DNA of 32,428 nt. Source: an uncultured Anaerolineales bacterium. Lineage in GTDB: Bacteria; Chloroflexota; Anaerolineae; UBA7937. The notes beneath the pieces are model-generated. The model did not search any database and was not told where the DNA came from. It was given only the letters and a program-made list of their open reading frames with translations. Shown piece after piece: positions 1 to 9,304 of this stretch (position 1 is its first letter; every line of letters starts with the position of its first letter). A program made the translations under genes and the position numbers. Where the stretch lies: contig CAZERB010000001.1 in assembly GCA_964514645.1 (NCBI GenBank), positions 1 to 32,428 on the forward strand, in the 5' to 3' direction.

Positions 1-1
1 G

Positions 2-2341
2 CGGGACAAGAGGGGAGGAGGTAGGAGTTCCCTGGAGTTTCAAGTGTGCCTTCGGGACCCTGAGGTCCCTCAGGACCGAAGGACAGCATCCGAAGGAAAG
101 GATAACGGCCGCTTTCGGCCCCTCACCGGGGATACCATCCGCCAAACTCAAAATAAGATCATAGATCTCCTGCACATGGATTATGAGACCTTCATAAACT
201 CCGCTTTCCTCCTGCAAGGGAGGGCCGATGAGTTCACCACCAAGCCGCCAGCGGAGCGGAAGCGGATATTGGGCGAGATTCTGGGCCTCTCCCTTTACGA
301 GAGGCTGGAGGAGCGAGCCAAGGAGAGGGTCAAGGAGAGAGAGTTTCAATTGAGAGAGGTAAGAGCCGCTCTAGAGGGTATAGAGCGAGAACTGATACGG
401 ATGCCCGAATACGAGAGGGCGGTAACAGAGGCTCGGGAGATCGCCGCCCAGTTGGCTCGCCAACTCCGCCAGGAGCAAGGAGAACTTCAAAGGAAGCGGG
501 AGATCAAAAGGGAACTCGATCTCAAGGTTGCCCAGGCGGAGGAGATCTTCCAAAGGATAAAAGAGGGAAAGGACGAACTAACCCACATAGAGCGAGAGAT
601 CGATCTGGCCGAGAACCGACTAAGAGGTTACCAGGAGATCCTGGCCCAAGAAAGGAGAATAGAGGAAGGGTTCGCTTCCTTGGTGACCGCTCGGGAGGCC
701 CACGAAACGTTCAACCGTAAACTGGCGAAAGTAGTGCAACTCAACGAGGAGAGAAACCAACTAGAGAGAAAAATCGCCGAGGCCAGAAGCGCTCTCGTCT
801 TCGAACGGGGTCTCTCTTTGGAGCGGATAGCCCAACTCGAGGCTCAAATCGAAAGGGGGCCCAGCCTGGAGGAAGAAATTGCCTCCCTTCGTCGCCAACT
901 AGATAGGCTAGACCTATTAGAAGAGGAACTGGAGGGGAAGCAAGCCGAGGAGCGGGCTACTTCCCAGGAAATCGTTAGCCTCCAGGCGACTAACCAGGGG
1001 TTGATCTCCGATATGCAACTCCTCAAGGAGAAATTGGGTCTCCTAAAGGAGGCGGAGGCCAAATGCCCCCTTTGCGAGCAAGACCTAACCGAGATAGAGA
1101 TAAGTCGTATTGCAGAGAAGTACCTTTCGCAAGGCAAGGAGAAGGGAGCCTTATATCGCCAAAATAAAAGGAGAGTTGAAGAGTTAGAGGGCCAGTTGAG
1201 GGACCTCCAAAAGGAGATAAAAGACCTGGAGGGAGAAGTCAAAAAGAAACCTTCTCTCCAAAGCCGAAAGGAAATAGCCTCCCAGGCCCTAGCCCAGGTC
1301 GAGGAGGCGGAGAACAGCCTGGCCCGAGAGAAAGAGAGGCTTCAGGCCCTAGAGGAACGGCTGGAGAAGAATGAGTACGCTAAGGAGGAACAAGGGGTTT
1401 TCGCCGCACTAGAGCACGAGATTAAAGGCCTGGGCTACGATCCCCAGGAACACGAGGAGATTCAAAGGCGGCTCTCCTCCTTGGCTAACTATGAAGTGGA
1501 GATGAAAGAATTGGAGAGAGCCCGGCAAGGGGTTGAAGCCACAAAAGAGGCTTTGGAACGAGCAAGAGGATCGTATATCCGCTGGCAAAACGCTCTGGCT
1601 GCTGATAAGGCGAGGAGAGAGGCATTAGAGAAAGAGGTCATGGAGTTAGAGAAAGCGGTGGAGGGCTTAGAAGAGCAAGAGCGCTTAGTCCAGGGGCTCC
1701 AAGATGAAGAAAGCCAAGCCCGCCAGGCGCTCGGCGCCACCCAGGAGAGAGTGGACCGCTGCCGAGGCCTGGAGAAAGAAAAAGAGGCAAAGGTCGCTCA
1801 GGAGCGAGAGATCACCGAAGAGAAAACAATCTACGAGGAACTGCAACTCGCCTTCGGTAAGAAGGGCGTCCAGGCTATGATCATCGAAAGCGCCCTCCCG
1901 GAACTGGAAGAAGAAGCCAACCGCTTACTTAGCTGCATGACAGACGGCCGTATGCATCTCCGTTTCGAGACTCAAAGAACCACTAAAAAGGGTGAGCCCG
2001 TAGAGACGCTAGAGATCAAGATCTCCGACGAACTGGGCGCTCGATCTTACGAACTCTACAGCGGTGGGGAGGCTTTCCGGGTCAATTTCGCCATCCGCAT
2101 CGCCCTCTCCAAACTCTTGGCCCGTCGGGCCGGAGCCAGGCTGGAGACCCTCATCATCGACGAAGGGTTTGGCACCCAGGATACCATAGGGAGAGAGAGG
2201 TTAATCGAGGCTATCAACTCCATACAGGACGATTTCGCCCTCATCCTGGTGATAACCCATATTGAGGAGTTAAGAGACGCTTTCCCCGTCCGTATCGATA
2301 TCTTCAAGACCCCAGAGGGCTCCCAGATCTCCATGACCTAG
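2..2341 (+). CDS. sbcC: SbcC/Rad50-family double-strand-break repair ATPase, C-terminal part (5' end lies outside the window)
   Basis: The frame is open from nt 2, with no stop before the ORF-track GTG at 44. Very long E/K/R/L/Q-rich coiled coil. Zinc-hook AEAKCPLCEQDL. C-terminal ABC signature LYSGGEAFRVNFAIRIALS, Walker B LIIDEGFG and H-loop VITHIEEL. Confidence 0.9.
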   Translation, partial: RDKRGGGRSSLEFQVCLRDPEVPQDRRTASEGKDNGRFRPLTGDTIRQTQNKIIDLLHMDYETFINSAFLLQGRADEFTTKPPAERKRILGEILGLSLYERLEERAKERVKEREFQLREVRAALEGIERELIRMPEYERAVTEAREIAAQLARQLRQEQGELQRKREIKRELDLKVAQAEEIFQRIKEGKDELTHIEREIDLAENRLRGYQEILAQERRIEEGFASLVTAREAHETFNRKLAKVVQLNEERNQLERKIAEARSALVFERGLSLERIAQLEAQIERGPSLEEEIASLRRQLDRLDLLEEELEGKQAEERATSQEIVSLQATNQGLISDMQLLKEKLGLLKEAEAKCPLCEQDLTEIEISRIAEKYLSQGKEKGALYRQNKRRVEELEGQLRDLQKEIKDLEGEVKKKPSLQSRKEIASQALAQVEEAENSLAREKERLQALEERLEKNEYAKEEQGVFAALEHEIKGLGYDPQEHEEIQRRLSSLANYEVEMKELERARQGVEATKEALERARGSYIRWQNALAADKARREALEKEVMELEKAVEGLEEQERLVQGLQDEESQARQALGATQERVDRCRGLEKEKEAKVAQEREITEEKTIYEELQLAFGKKGVQAMIIESALPELEEEANRLLSCMTDGRMHLRFETQRTTKKGEPVETLEIKISDELGARSYELYSGGEAFRVNFAIRIALSKLLARRAGARLETLIIDEGFGTQDTIGRERLIEAINSIQDDFALILVITHIEELRDAFPVRIDIFKTPEGSQISMT

Positions 2342-3060
2342 GAGTGCCAATCACCCTCTCCTCGCATCCCCCGGGATCCCGTAGGGAGATAATCGCAATA
2401 GGGAGCGAGAAGGCATATCTCGCAGCGAGGACGCTGGGCTTTGCACACCTCCCGGCCGTGGGCGATCAGGTTGAGGTGAAAAGCGTAGTAATCCCGGGGA
2501 GATAAGAGGGCTTCCAAGATCTCCTGAGCCTCTTGGGTGGAGGCCTTTCGGCTAATTAGGCCTAGCCGCTTGCTTACCCGATAGACATGGGTATCCACCG
2601 GAAAGGCAGGCCGTCCGCAGCCGAAAAGGAGAACACAAGCCGTGGTCTTGGGCCCCACCCCAGGAAGAGAGCCTAGCCACTCTTTCGCCTCCTCTATCTC
2701 CATCTGGCAGATAAAGTCGAGAGAGAGTTCCCCCCGCCGCTCGGTGATGGTCTCGAGGATATCTTTGATGCGAGGGGCCTTAACGTTGGCCAGACCGCCG
2801 GGCCTGATCGCCTCAGCGACCTCTTCCACCTGAGCATCCCGCACCCTCTCCCAAGTGGGGAACCTCTCCCTTAACCGCTCATAAGCCCGATCCCTATTTA
2901 CGTCGGAGGTGTTCTGAGAGAGGATGGTGTAGATCAACTCACTCAGAGGGTCAAGGTGCTTCCGCCATCGGCGGAGGCCGTACCGCTCCAAGAGGGCTTG
3001 ATGGATAGCCTTGACCTTGGTTACCTTCTCCCCTATGACAAAGCCAGAAGTCAGGCGCAT
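2338..3060 (-). CDS. nth: Endonuclease III-like HhH-GPD base-excision DNA glycosylase with a 4Fe-4S cluster loop
   Basis: Helix-hairpin-helix LPGVGPKTTACVLLFG. Catalytic-Asp segment FPVDTHVYRVSKRLGL. C-terminal CKAQRPRCEICLLAPYC (C-x6-C-x2-C-x5-C). Confidence 0.85.
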   Translation of the reverse strand: MRLTSGFVIGEKVTKVKAIHQALLERYGLRRWRKHLDPLSELIYTILSQNTSDVNRDRAYERLRERFPTWERVRDAQVEEVAEAIRPGGLANVKAPRIKDILETITERRGELSLDFICQMEIEEAKEWLGSLPGVGPKTTACVLLFGCGRPAFPVDTHVYRVSKRLGLISRKASTQEAQEILEALLSPRDYYAFHLNLIAHGREVCKAQRPRCEICLLAPYCDYLPTGSRGMRGEGDWHS

Positions 3061-3073
3061 AACAATGAACTTC

Positions 3074-5371
3074 TTACACGCGTCTCAAATGGAGTTCCAC
3101 TTGGGCTTGGTCTTTCAGGGTGAAGCCCAAGCCCACCACCCCAGGAGCGACTTTGCGCACTCCACGACGTCGCCCGTTTACCCACGCGCTCACCGCTCGG
3201 TAGGGCTCTGGCACGGCGAAAAGCAACTCCCCGAACTGGCTCCCAGGCTTAACCAACTCTAAGATGAACCTCGGTTCCCTGCGGCGCCCATCCTGCCACT
3301 CCACCGCTTTTACCTCCACCCCACCCTGAGTGATATGGAAAGTGGAGGTTAGAAACTGAGGCTGGCTTGTGGCCTCCTTAAAGAGGAGAAGCACCGTCTC
3401 ATGAGGCTGGTGGCGAGAGATAGTAAGCCTCTCTTGGAACACGCCTAAATACCGCTTGGGCCAAAAATCATAGACATGATAAGGTTTAGCGGGCTTGAGC
3501 CCCATCTGGCCAAAATCGATCTCGGTTTCGACGGTCCCATCGGCCCAGTTGATGAAGGCAGCCACCATCCACCGGCCATATTCGGCCTCTATGGGGAGAG
3601 CGAAGAGAGAGGGTAATTCATTCTCGAAGAGATCGCAAGGCTTGGCACTCCCTCCATAGGGAGGGAGGATCCGCTTCAAATATTTGCGCCTCCCTTCACC
3701 GAGAGATGGTAGATCATCGCCCGAAAAAACACTCCCCCCCGCCAAACCCACTATTGAAACCAGAGTCCGCATCTCGTTCAACTTCAGGTTCGATTCTCCC
3801 CCTCGAGGGCGCAGCAGGACACAATCGGGGTCGTTCGTCCAGAGCCAGCCATGCATAAAATAGCGAGCCATAACGTTGCGCAGGGCGTTACGCACAGAGG
3901 GGGAGGATAGATCTCCCCATAGGGGCTGCCAATGAACCGCCATATCGGGCCCTATACGCATCCCATCCAAAAGCCCCACCGCCGGCCCCCAGGGAGCGCC
4001 ACACCCCAAGAGGAACTTATCGCCCACCGCCTCCCGGATGATCTCCAACCCCTGGCGGAAAGCCCGGGCCCGAGTGACCTGGGAATCGTAACGCCGCCCC
4101 TCCAGGGCCCCGGCGTAAAGGAAGTCGATCTTGAAGAGATCGTAACCCCAATCATCGCTCAAGATGCGAAACAACTCTTTCAGCCACATTTTTACCTCTG
4201 GATGGGTAAGATCCAAGGCGTATGTGGGGACCGCCCAGTGGTGCCAGGCGACGACCGGCTCATCCCTCTCATCCCGAAGCACCCAATCGGGATGCTCCTT
4301 GTAGAGGCGAGACTGGGAACTTGTGGCAAAAGGGGCTATCCACAAACCAGTTCTCCGAGCAGAGGCTCTTATCTCCTCCCCTACCCGCCTCATCCCCTGA
4401 GGGAACTTCCCCTCGTCGGTAAATAGCCAATCCCCTATCTCTTTTTGGTGTCCATCGTCGATGAGGAAATAGTCAAGAGGCAGATCGCCCGCTCCTTTGG
4501 CGTTAGAAAGAACCTCGTGGGCACCGTTCTCACCGTAGAAATAGTACCAAGAACACCAACCGGTAGGTATCTTCTTCGCCTTTCGGGCCCCCATATTCTC
4601 CCCCAAAGCCTGGGCATATCCTTCCAAAAGAGAGATGGGGTCGCGCCCCCCCCTTACCAGAAGCTCCTCCGAGGAGATCCGCTCCCCGGGATAGAGGCGC
4701 ACCCCATCGGCATAGGCGGTGGCAGCCAGACGCTGAAACCGGAGGCCCTTCACCTCCAGTCGTATCTCGGCCATCTGCTCCCTGGCGGTGGTGAAGCCGA
4801 GGAGAAGCGAAAGTCTGGAGGTGCGGTTGTGGAGGACGGTCATCCAATGGCTCACTAGAGTCTTGGGGGCAAGGGGTAAAGGGTAAGGCTCATGCTGGAG
4901 GCGATACTCCTCCGTCCCAGGAGTGACATAGTGACCGTTATCCAGGTGACGGGCGAAACTAGGCGACCAGGACTGCCAACCGTTTTGGTAGAAAGACCAA
5001 CCCTTTGGAGAACCGAGATGCAGCCTCCCTTGATCGCTAGTTAGGAGAAAGGGGGAAAGTTCAAACACTTCCAGAGGCCTTTGACCCACATTGATGAGGC
5101 GCAATTGTAAATGGACGCCCTTCTTTACCGAGGCCTGCCAGGTGAGTTCCAGATCCTCGTTCTTGGTGCTAAGACTAACCCTATCCTCTCCCACCCCGTA
5201 GGCCACATCCCCCTGGAGGCCGAGGGTTTTCTCCTTTCCCTGCACGCGGTATTTTGCCTCCGCGGTGACTCCCCTGATGAAAAGGCCAAGGTGACGGATC
5301 TCCATTCTGCCCCGGGAGGGTTCCACTCTAAGAACATGTCCTACGTCGATCTTTCCTCCCACAGCCATCAT
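3074..5371 (-). CDS. Glycoside hydrolase family 36 alpha-galactosidase (Thermotoga GalA-like subgroup)
   Basis: GWCSWYYFYG, YFLIDDGHQKEIGDW, LFKIDFLYAG (nucleophile region), LLGCGAPWGPAVGLLDGMRIGPD and WTNDPDCVLLR. From memory these align closely with T. maritima GalA (FKIDFLFAG, ILGCGSPLLPAVG..DGMRIGPD, LNDPDC). AAGGAGGG SD lies before ATGATG. Confidence 0.85.
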   Translation of the reverse strand: MMAVGGKIDVGHVLRVEPSRGRMEIRHLGLFIRGVTAEAKYRVQGKEKTLGLQGDVAYGVGEDRVSLSTKNEDLELTWQASVKKGVHLQLRLINVGQRPLEVFELSPFLLTSDQGRLHLGSPKGWSFYQNGWQSWSPSFARHLDNGHYVTPGTEEYRLQHEPYPLPLAPKTLVSHWMTVLHNRTSRLSLLLGFTTAREQMAEIRLEVKGLRFQRLAATAYADGVRLYPGERISSEELLVRGGRDPISLLEGYAQALGENMGARKAKKIPTGWCSWYYFYGENGAHEVLSNAKGAGDLPLDYFLIDDGHQKEIGDWLFTDEGKFPQGMRRVGEEIRASARRTGLWIAPFATSSQSRLYKEHPDWVLRDERDEPVVAWHHWAVPTYALDLTHPEVKMWLKELFRILSDDWGYDLFKIDFLYAGALEGRRYDSQVTRARAFRQGLEIIREAVGDKFLLGCGAPWGPAVGLLDGMRIGPDMAVHWQPLWGDLSSPSVRNALRNVMARYFMHGWLWTNDPDCVLLRPRGGESNLKLNEMRTLVSIVGLAGGSVFSGDDLPSLGEGRRKYLKRILPPYGGSAKPCDLFENELPSLFALPIEAEYGRWMVAAFINWADGTVETEIDFGQMGLKPAKPYHVYDFWPKRYLGVFQERLTISRHQPHETVLLLFKEATSQPQFLTSTFHITQGGVEVKAVEWQDGRRREPRFILELVKPGSQFGELLFAVPEPYRAVSAWVNGRRRGVRKVAPGVVGLGFTLKDQAQVELHLRRV

Positions 5372-5449
5372 CCCTCCTTACGCGCACAAGCGCCCGGCAG
5401 GGGTAAGCGACCCCCGATGTGAGAAGAAGGAGAACGGCCTCCGGCGACG

Positions 5450-7183
5450 CTAGATATATCCCATATAAGTAAGAACGAAGATAAAGAGACGGAGTATGCC
5501 AGCGGTGAAAGCGAAGACGAAGAAAGCGCCAAAGAGCGACCGACTTCTGGTCCACCTGAGGTAAAAAGCCATCACCCCTAAGCCCAGGGTCGCCAAAAGT
5601 ATAGGGAAGAGCCGACCGGTGAAGATCGGCGCTAGCTGGGGCATAGATATAGCCAAGAAGGGAAGGAGACCTCGTCCACTGGGGGTGATCAACATCATAG
5701 CCACAAGTTGCATAAGCATAGCCACAACCAGGGCCACCCAGGCTCCCAAGGTCGTCAACTCGCCTTCTCCTGTCAAGAGGTAGAAAATCAAAAGCCAAAA
5801 CAGGGGAAGAACAAGCCAGGCTATGAGCACCGGGGTAAAACAGACGACTAAAAGGAGAGCCATTATTAGATCGCCACCTCTATCTACCACATCGGCTAAG
5901 GTGACCTTGTTCAGCACCTCTTTCACCTGCGGCGAGGTGCTGGCGTACAAGACCTGGTATTCTTCAAACCCTGCGGTGTCGATCCAAGCCAGATGGAGAG
6001 CCAGCCCCGGGTCGGCTACGATATGGGGGGTCAAGGAAGCCATTTTTGTGGCGGTGACGATCTGGTACCCTTTCAATTGGCCTTGGGAGAAGACGAGCAT
6101 AGCGATCTGGAGATGTTCTCCCAGTCTAGTGGAAATGTTCATGCTAAGGGCCACCGGCAACTCCGACCTCTGACCATCTACCACCCAAGGCCGGCTCAAA
6201 AAAGTGGAGACCTCTGCTTTCTGAGAGGCCAAGAGATGGTAAGCATACTCCCCTGCATAGGGGTCGTATCGTGGCCTCTCTGTGGGGGGTAGCCGCAACT
6301 CCATCACCACGCTTTCAGAGGGCCTTCCCAGGGGAAAAGTGGCGTAGAAGGTATCGCCGCCCGCCGCCTGTCCTCTCTCTTCTATAGACCAAAAGATGTA
6401 GCCATTCTTAAGATCGAGCCCCAGAACTGGACCGACCATGATCTGTCCTCCTCGGAGGACTACCTCGGCGATCCCTGTAACCTCCCCCAAGACCCTCCTC
6501 TCTGGATCGAAGGTAGCATAGTATATCTGGCGGATGCCATAGGCGGGCTCTTCAAACCAAGAAAGGTGGAAAGTTCCCTCCTGGTCCAATTGCAAAGTGG
6601 GGGCTATCCCTTGAGAGGCGATAAGGGCATTGGGCGAAGCCACCAAACTCTCAGGATCGATAGTCAGGCTATATACGCCAGGGCTCGCATAGGCGGCTTG
6701 AGACCAGAAGAGTTCGATCTGCCCTTGGGCACTAAATCCTGAAGCCACATAACCCACCTCCATCCCCGGCAAGGAGAGGAGAAAAGGGTCGGAGATGATC
6801 TCCCCTGAGGAGTTTAACTGTACGTAGTAGAGGCCCTGACCTTCCTCCTTACTGGCGATCCAAAAGAGGTGGAGCCTCCCCAGGGGGTCTAAGAGGAACC
6901 CCGGCTTCTGAGAGGATCGAGTAGGCAAATCGAGGCTCTTATCCGCTACAACCTGCCCCTTCTCATCTAACTTGGCCCAGCGGAGAAGATGCTCCCCATC
7001 CACCCAGGTCAGATAAACTACACCCTCGCCAGCCTGGATGGCTACCGGGTTGTTGAGGCGGCTTATCCCTACCGGCTGCCCCTTGCTCCAATCGAGGGAG
7101 GCTCGAGGCGTGGTCCGAGGTCCAGCACACCCCCCTAAAACGACCCCCAGGAGAAGCAATAAGGTCAAAACCCTTTCCTTCAT
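5450..7183 (-). CDS. Lipoprotein with an extracytoplasmic beta-propeller-like repeat domain fused to a C-terminal ~6-TM membrane domain; function unknown
   Basis: The ORF is open to 7252, but ATG 7183 is preceded by GGAGAGG and gives MKERVLTLLLLLGVVLGGCAG (signal plus LGGC lipobox). At least six repeats of hxhxW-x8-12-hYY/hY-x-h-D/N-xxG. The last ~170 aa are strongly hydrophobic (about 6 TM). Confidence 0.75.
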   Translation of the reverse strand: MKERVLTLLLLLGVVLGGCAGPRTTPRASLDWSKGQPVGISRLNNPVAIQAGEGVVYLTWVDGEHLLRWAKLDEKGQVVADKSLDLPTRSSQKPGFLLDPLGRLHLFWIASKEEGQGLYYVQLNSSGEIISDPFLLSLPGMEVGYVASGFSAQGQIELFWSQAAYASPGVYSLTIDPESLVASPNALIASQGIAPTLQLDQEGTFHLSWFEEPAYGIRQIYYATFDPERRVLGEVTGIAEVVLRGGQIMVGPVLGLDLKNGYIFWSIEERGQAAGGDTFYATFPLGRPSESVVMELRLPPTERPRYDPYAGEYAYHLLASQKAEVSTFLSRPWVVDGQRSELPVALSMNISTRLGEHLQIAMLVFSQGQLKGYQIVTATKMASLTPHIVADPGLALHLAWIDTAGFEEYQVLYASTSPQVKEVLNKVTLADVVDRGGDLIMALLLVVCFTPVLIAWLVLPLFWLLIFYLLTGEGELTTLGAWVALVVAMLMQLVAMMLITPSGRGLLPFLAISMPQLAPIFTGRLFPILLATLGLGVMAFYLRWTRSRSLFGAFFVFAFTAGILRLFIFVLTYMGYI

Positions 7184-7282
7184 ACCCAAGCCTCTCCAAG
7201 AAACGAGAGGCGGTCCCCATCGCCCGCCTCTCACTTTAAGACCATCGATCAAGGATCCCCAACCGCATCGCCCAAGTCCCGA

Positions 7283-8212
7283 CTACATAGTGCCTCTCAT
7301 CATCGGATCTAAGGCGTCGCGCAGACCATCGCCTAAGAAGTTGAAGGCCAACATTGTCAGGCTGATGGCCAAACCGGGGAAGATGGTGAGGTGAGGGACA
7401 GCCCGCAGCCCCTGCCAACCCTCCTGGACCATCTGCCCCCAACTGGGGAAGGGAGGGGGTACCCCCAGGCCGATAAAACTCAAAACCGCTTCGGTTAAGA
7501 TATAGCCGGGTATACCCAGGGTGAGGGCTACAACAACGGGGCCCAGGCTATTGGGCAGAAGATGTCGGCTGATGATCTCCAACGGCCGAGCACCGATCAT
7601 CCGTGCGGCCTCCACGAAATCCTTCTGCTTGAGAGAGAGAAACTGTCCCCGCACCAAACGGGACATCCCCATCCAGCCCACAGCCCCTATGCCGATGAAG
7701 ATATTGGTCAATCCAGGCCCCAAGACCACCATGATGAGGATGACGAAGAGGAGGGTGGGGAAGGCGTACATCACGTCCACAAACCGCATCATGTAGTTAT
7801 CGATGCGCCCCCCCAAATAGCCAGCCATCGAGCCATAGGTTAACCCGATGACCAAAGCGGTCAAAGCACCCACTACGCCCACCGTAAGGGAGACCCGTCC
7901 GCCCCAGATGACGCGGCTGAAGACATCCCGCCCCAACTTATCGGTGCCCATAATATGGTCCGGCCACTTGGGACCTATACGGTTATTGGCGTAATCGGTC
8001 TCCTTGTAACTGTAAGGAGCCACCCAAGGGGCGAAGATGGCCCCAAAAGCGACCAGGAGGATGAAAAGCCCCCCGGCCACCGCCATCTTGTTTCTCAGCA
8101 ACCGGTGCCAAGCGTCTCGCCAGAGGCTCACCGAGGGGCGAGCCAACTCCATCTCCACCGGTATGGCCGGTGGTGGCCCTCCCACCTCTTGACCTCTCTC
8201 CCCTACCGTCAT
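7283..8212 (-). CDS. ABC transporter permease, OppC/DppC-type
   Basis: BPD_transp_1-type membrane protein. EAA-loop FVEAARMIGARPLEIISRHLLPNSLGPV. N-terminal SLWRDAWHRLLRNKMAV is typical of OppC/DppC. SD GGAAGGTGGGGAG lies before ATG 8212. Confidence 0.9.
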   Translation of the reverse strand: MTVGERGQEVGGPPPAIPVEMELARPSVSLWRDAWHRLLRNKMAVAGGLFILLVAFGAIFAPWVAPYSYKETDYANNRIGPKWPDHIMGTDKLGRDVFSRVIWGGRVSLTVGVVGALTALVIGLTYGSMAGYLGGRIDNYMMRFVDVMYAFPTLLFVILIMVVLGPGLTNIFIGIGAVGWMGMSRLVRGQFLSLKQKDFVEAARMIGARPLEIISRHLLPNSLGPVVVALTLGIPGYILTEAVLSFIGLGVPPPFPSWGQMVQEGWQGLRAVPHLTIFPGLAISLTMLAFNFLGDGLRDALDPMMRGTM

Positions 8213-8224
8213 CTCCCCACCTTC

Positions 8225-9187
8225 CTACTCATATCGGATACGCGGATCTATGAAAGCGTAACTGATATCCACCACCAGGTTGAAGAAAATCAAGGCCACC
8301 GCGTAAACCATGATGGTACCCATGATGAGGAGATAGTCCCTATCGGTGATGCTAGTGACGAAGAATTTCCCTATCCCCGGGATGGAGAAGACCCATTCCA
8401 CCAAGAAGGAACCAGTTAGCCAAGCCGCGGTAAGGGGCCCCAGGATAGTGGTCACGGGGATAAGGGAGTTCTTTAAGGCGTGGCCCACTATCACCGCCCG
8501 CTCCCTCAAACCCTTGGCCCGAGCGGTGCGGATATAGTCCTGACGGATGGTCTCCAACATGCTGGCCCGAGTGAGACGAGCGATGAAAGCCGTCCCCCCC
8601 GTCCCCAGGGTAATGGCCGGCATGATCACCTGCAAGGGCGTCTCCCCCCAGCCGAAGGCTGGGAGCCAGTGTAAAGTCAAGGTGAAGAGCACGATAAGCA
8701 TCGCCCCCAAGACGAAGTTAGGGATAGAAACTCCCAGCATGGAGAAAAACATGGCTATGTAATCTATTATGGTGTTCTGCTTCAGGGCGGAGATGATGCC
8801 CAAAGGTATCCCTATGCCTATGGCGATGGCTAAAGAGACGAGCCCCACCTGAGCAGATACCATTATGGGCGCATGGATAGGGTCCTTCCAGAAATCCCGG
8901 CCGAACATGATCTGGTTGATGGTCCTCCCCGGCTTACGGTAGGAGGGCCCGAAATCGAAATGGAAGATTATCCTCTTCATATAGTTTATATACTGCTTCC
9001 AGGCCGGCTGGTCAAGCCCATACTTGGCCTCCATGTTGGCTCGGATCTCCGCGGGTATAGGCCTCCCCGAGGCCCCGGCAGTGAAAGGCCCCCCGGGCAC
9101 CAGTTGCATAGCGGTGAAAGTCACTACGCTGACCATCAAGAGCACCGGAATAGCCCACAAACCCCGATACACTATGAACCTCAACAT
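8225..9187 (-). CDS. ABC transporter permease, OppB/DppB-type
   Basis: MLRFIVYRGLWAIPVLL start. EAA-loop YIRTARAKGLRERAVIVGHALKNSLIPV. Six predicted TM segments. Confidence 0.9.
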   Translation of the reverse strand: MLRFIVYRGLWAIPVLLMVSVVTFTAMQLVPGGPFTAGASGRPIPAEIRANMEAKYGLDQPAWKQYINYMKRIIFHFDFGPSYRKPGRTINQIMFGRDFWKDPIHAPIMVSAQVGLVSLAIAIGIGIPLGIISALKQNTIIDYIAMFFSMLGVSIPNFVLGAMLIVLFTLTLHWLPAFGWGETPLQVIMPAITLGTGGTAFIARLTRASMLETIRQDYIRTARAKGLRERAVIVGHALKNSLIPVTTILGPLTAAWLTGSFLVEWVFSIPGIGKFFVTSITDRDYLLIMGTIMVYAVALIFFNLVVDISYAFIDPRIRYE

Positions 9188-9264
9188 ATTCTGAACCCCT
9201 GCTCCAAACTAGAGGTGATGAGAGACCAAAATAGAGGATAAGGGATAATATCTATGATACCAGG

Positions 9265-9295
9265 CCATGTAGCCCTCATCATGAGGGCTACATGG
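9265..9295 (-). promoter_or_regulatory. Intercistronic stem-loop between the binding-protein and permease genes (15-bp perfect inverted repeat around one central nt)
   Basis: CCATGTAGCCCTCAT-C-ATGAGGGCTACATGG read directly. It begins 9 nt after the binding-protein stop and has no U-tract after it. Confidence 0.6.
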
Positions 9296-9304
9296 CTATA
9301 CTAC

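Noticed and set aside
371-2334. Antisense or out-of-frame ORFs inside strong genes. Examples: 371..553, 844..1242, 1489..1740, 2056..2334, 3932..4426, 4445..4858, 9905..10483, 10535..10969, 12627..13241, 14018..14464, 21736..22119, 22410..22832, 23437..23868, 28225..28675, 31749..32171.
   Set aside because: They lie entirely within, or antisense to, genes with clear family motifs. They have Arg/Ser/Pro/Gly-skewed low-complexity translations typical of GC-rich or repeat-driven shadow frames, and they lack SD sequences.
7184-7252. Long N-terminal extensions in ORF-track calls: 5450..7252, 15935..17230, 23170..23955, 23897..24532, 26801..27049 and 11218..12318.
   Set aside because: Each extension overlaps the upstream gene or a promoter. 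Each lacks family-typical sequence, while an internal ATG/GTG with an SD or ATGA/TGATG coupling gives the canonical N-terminus.
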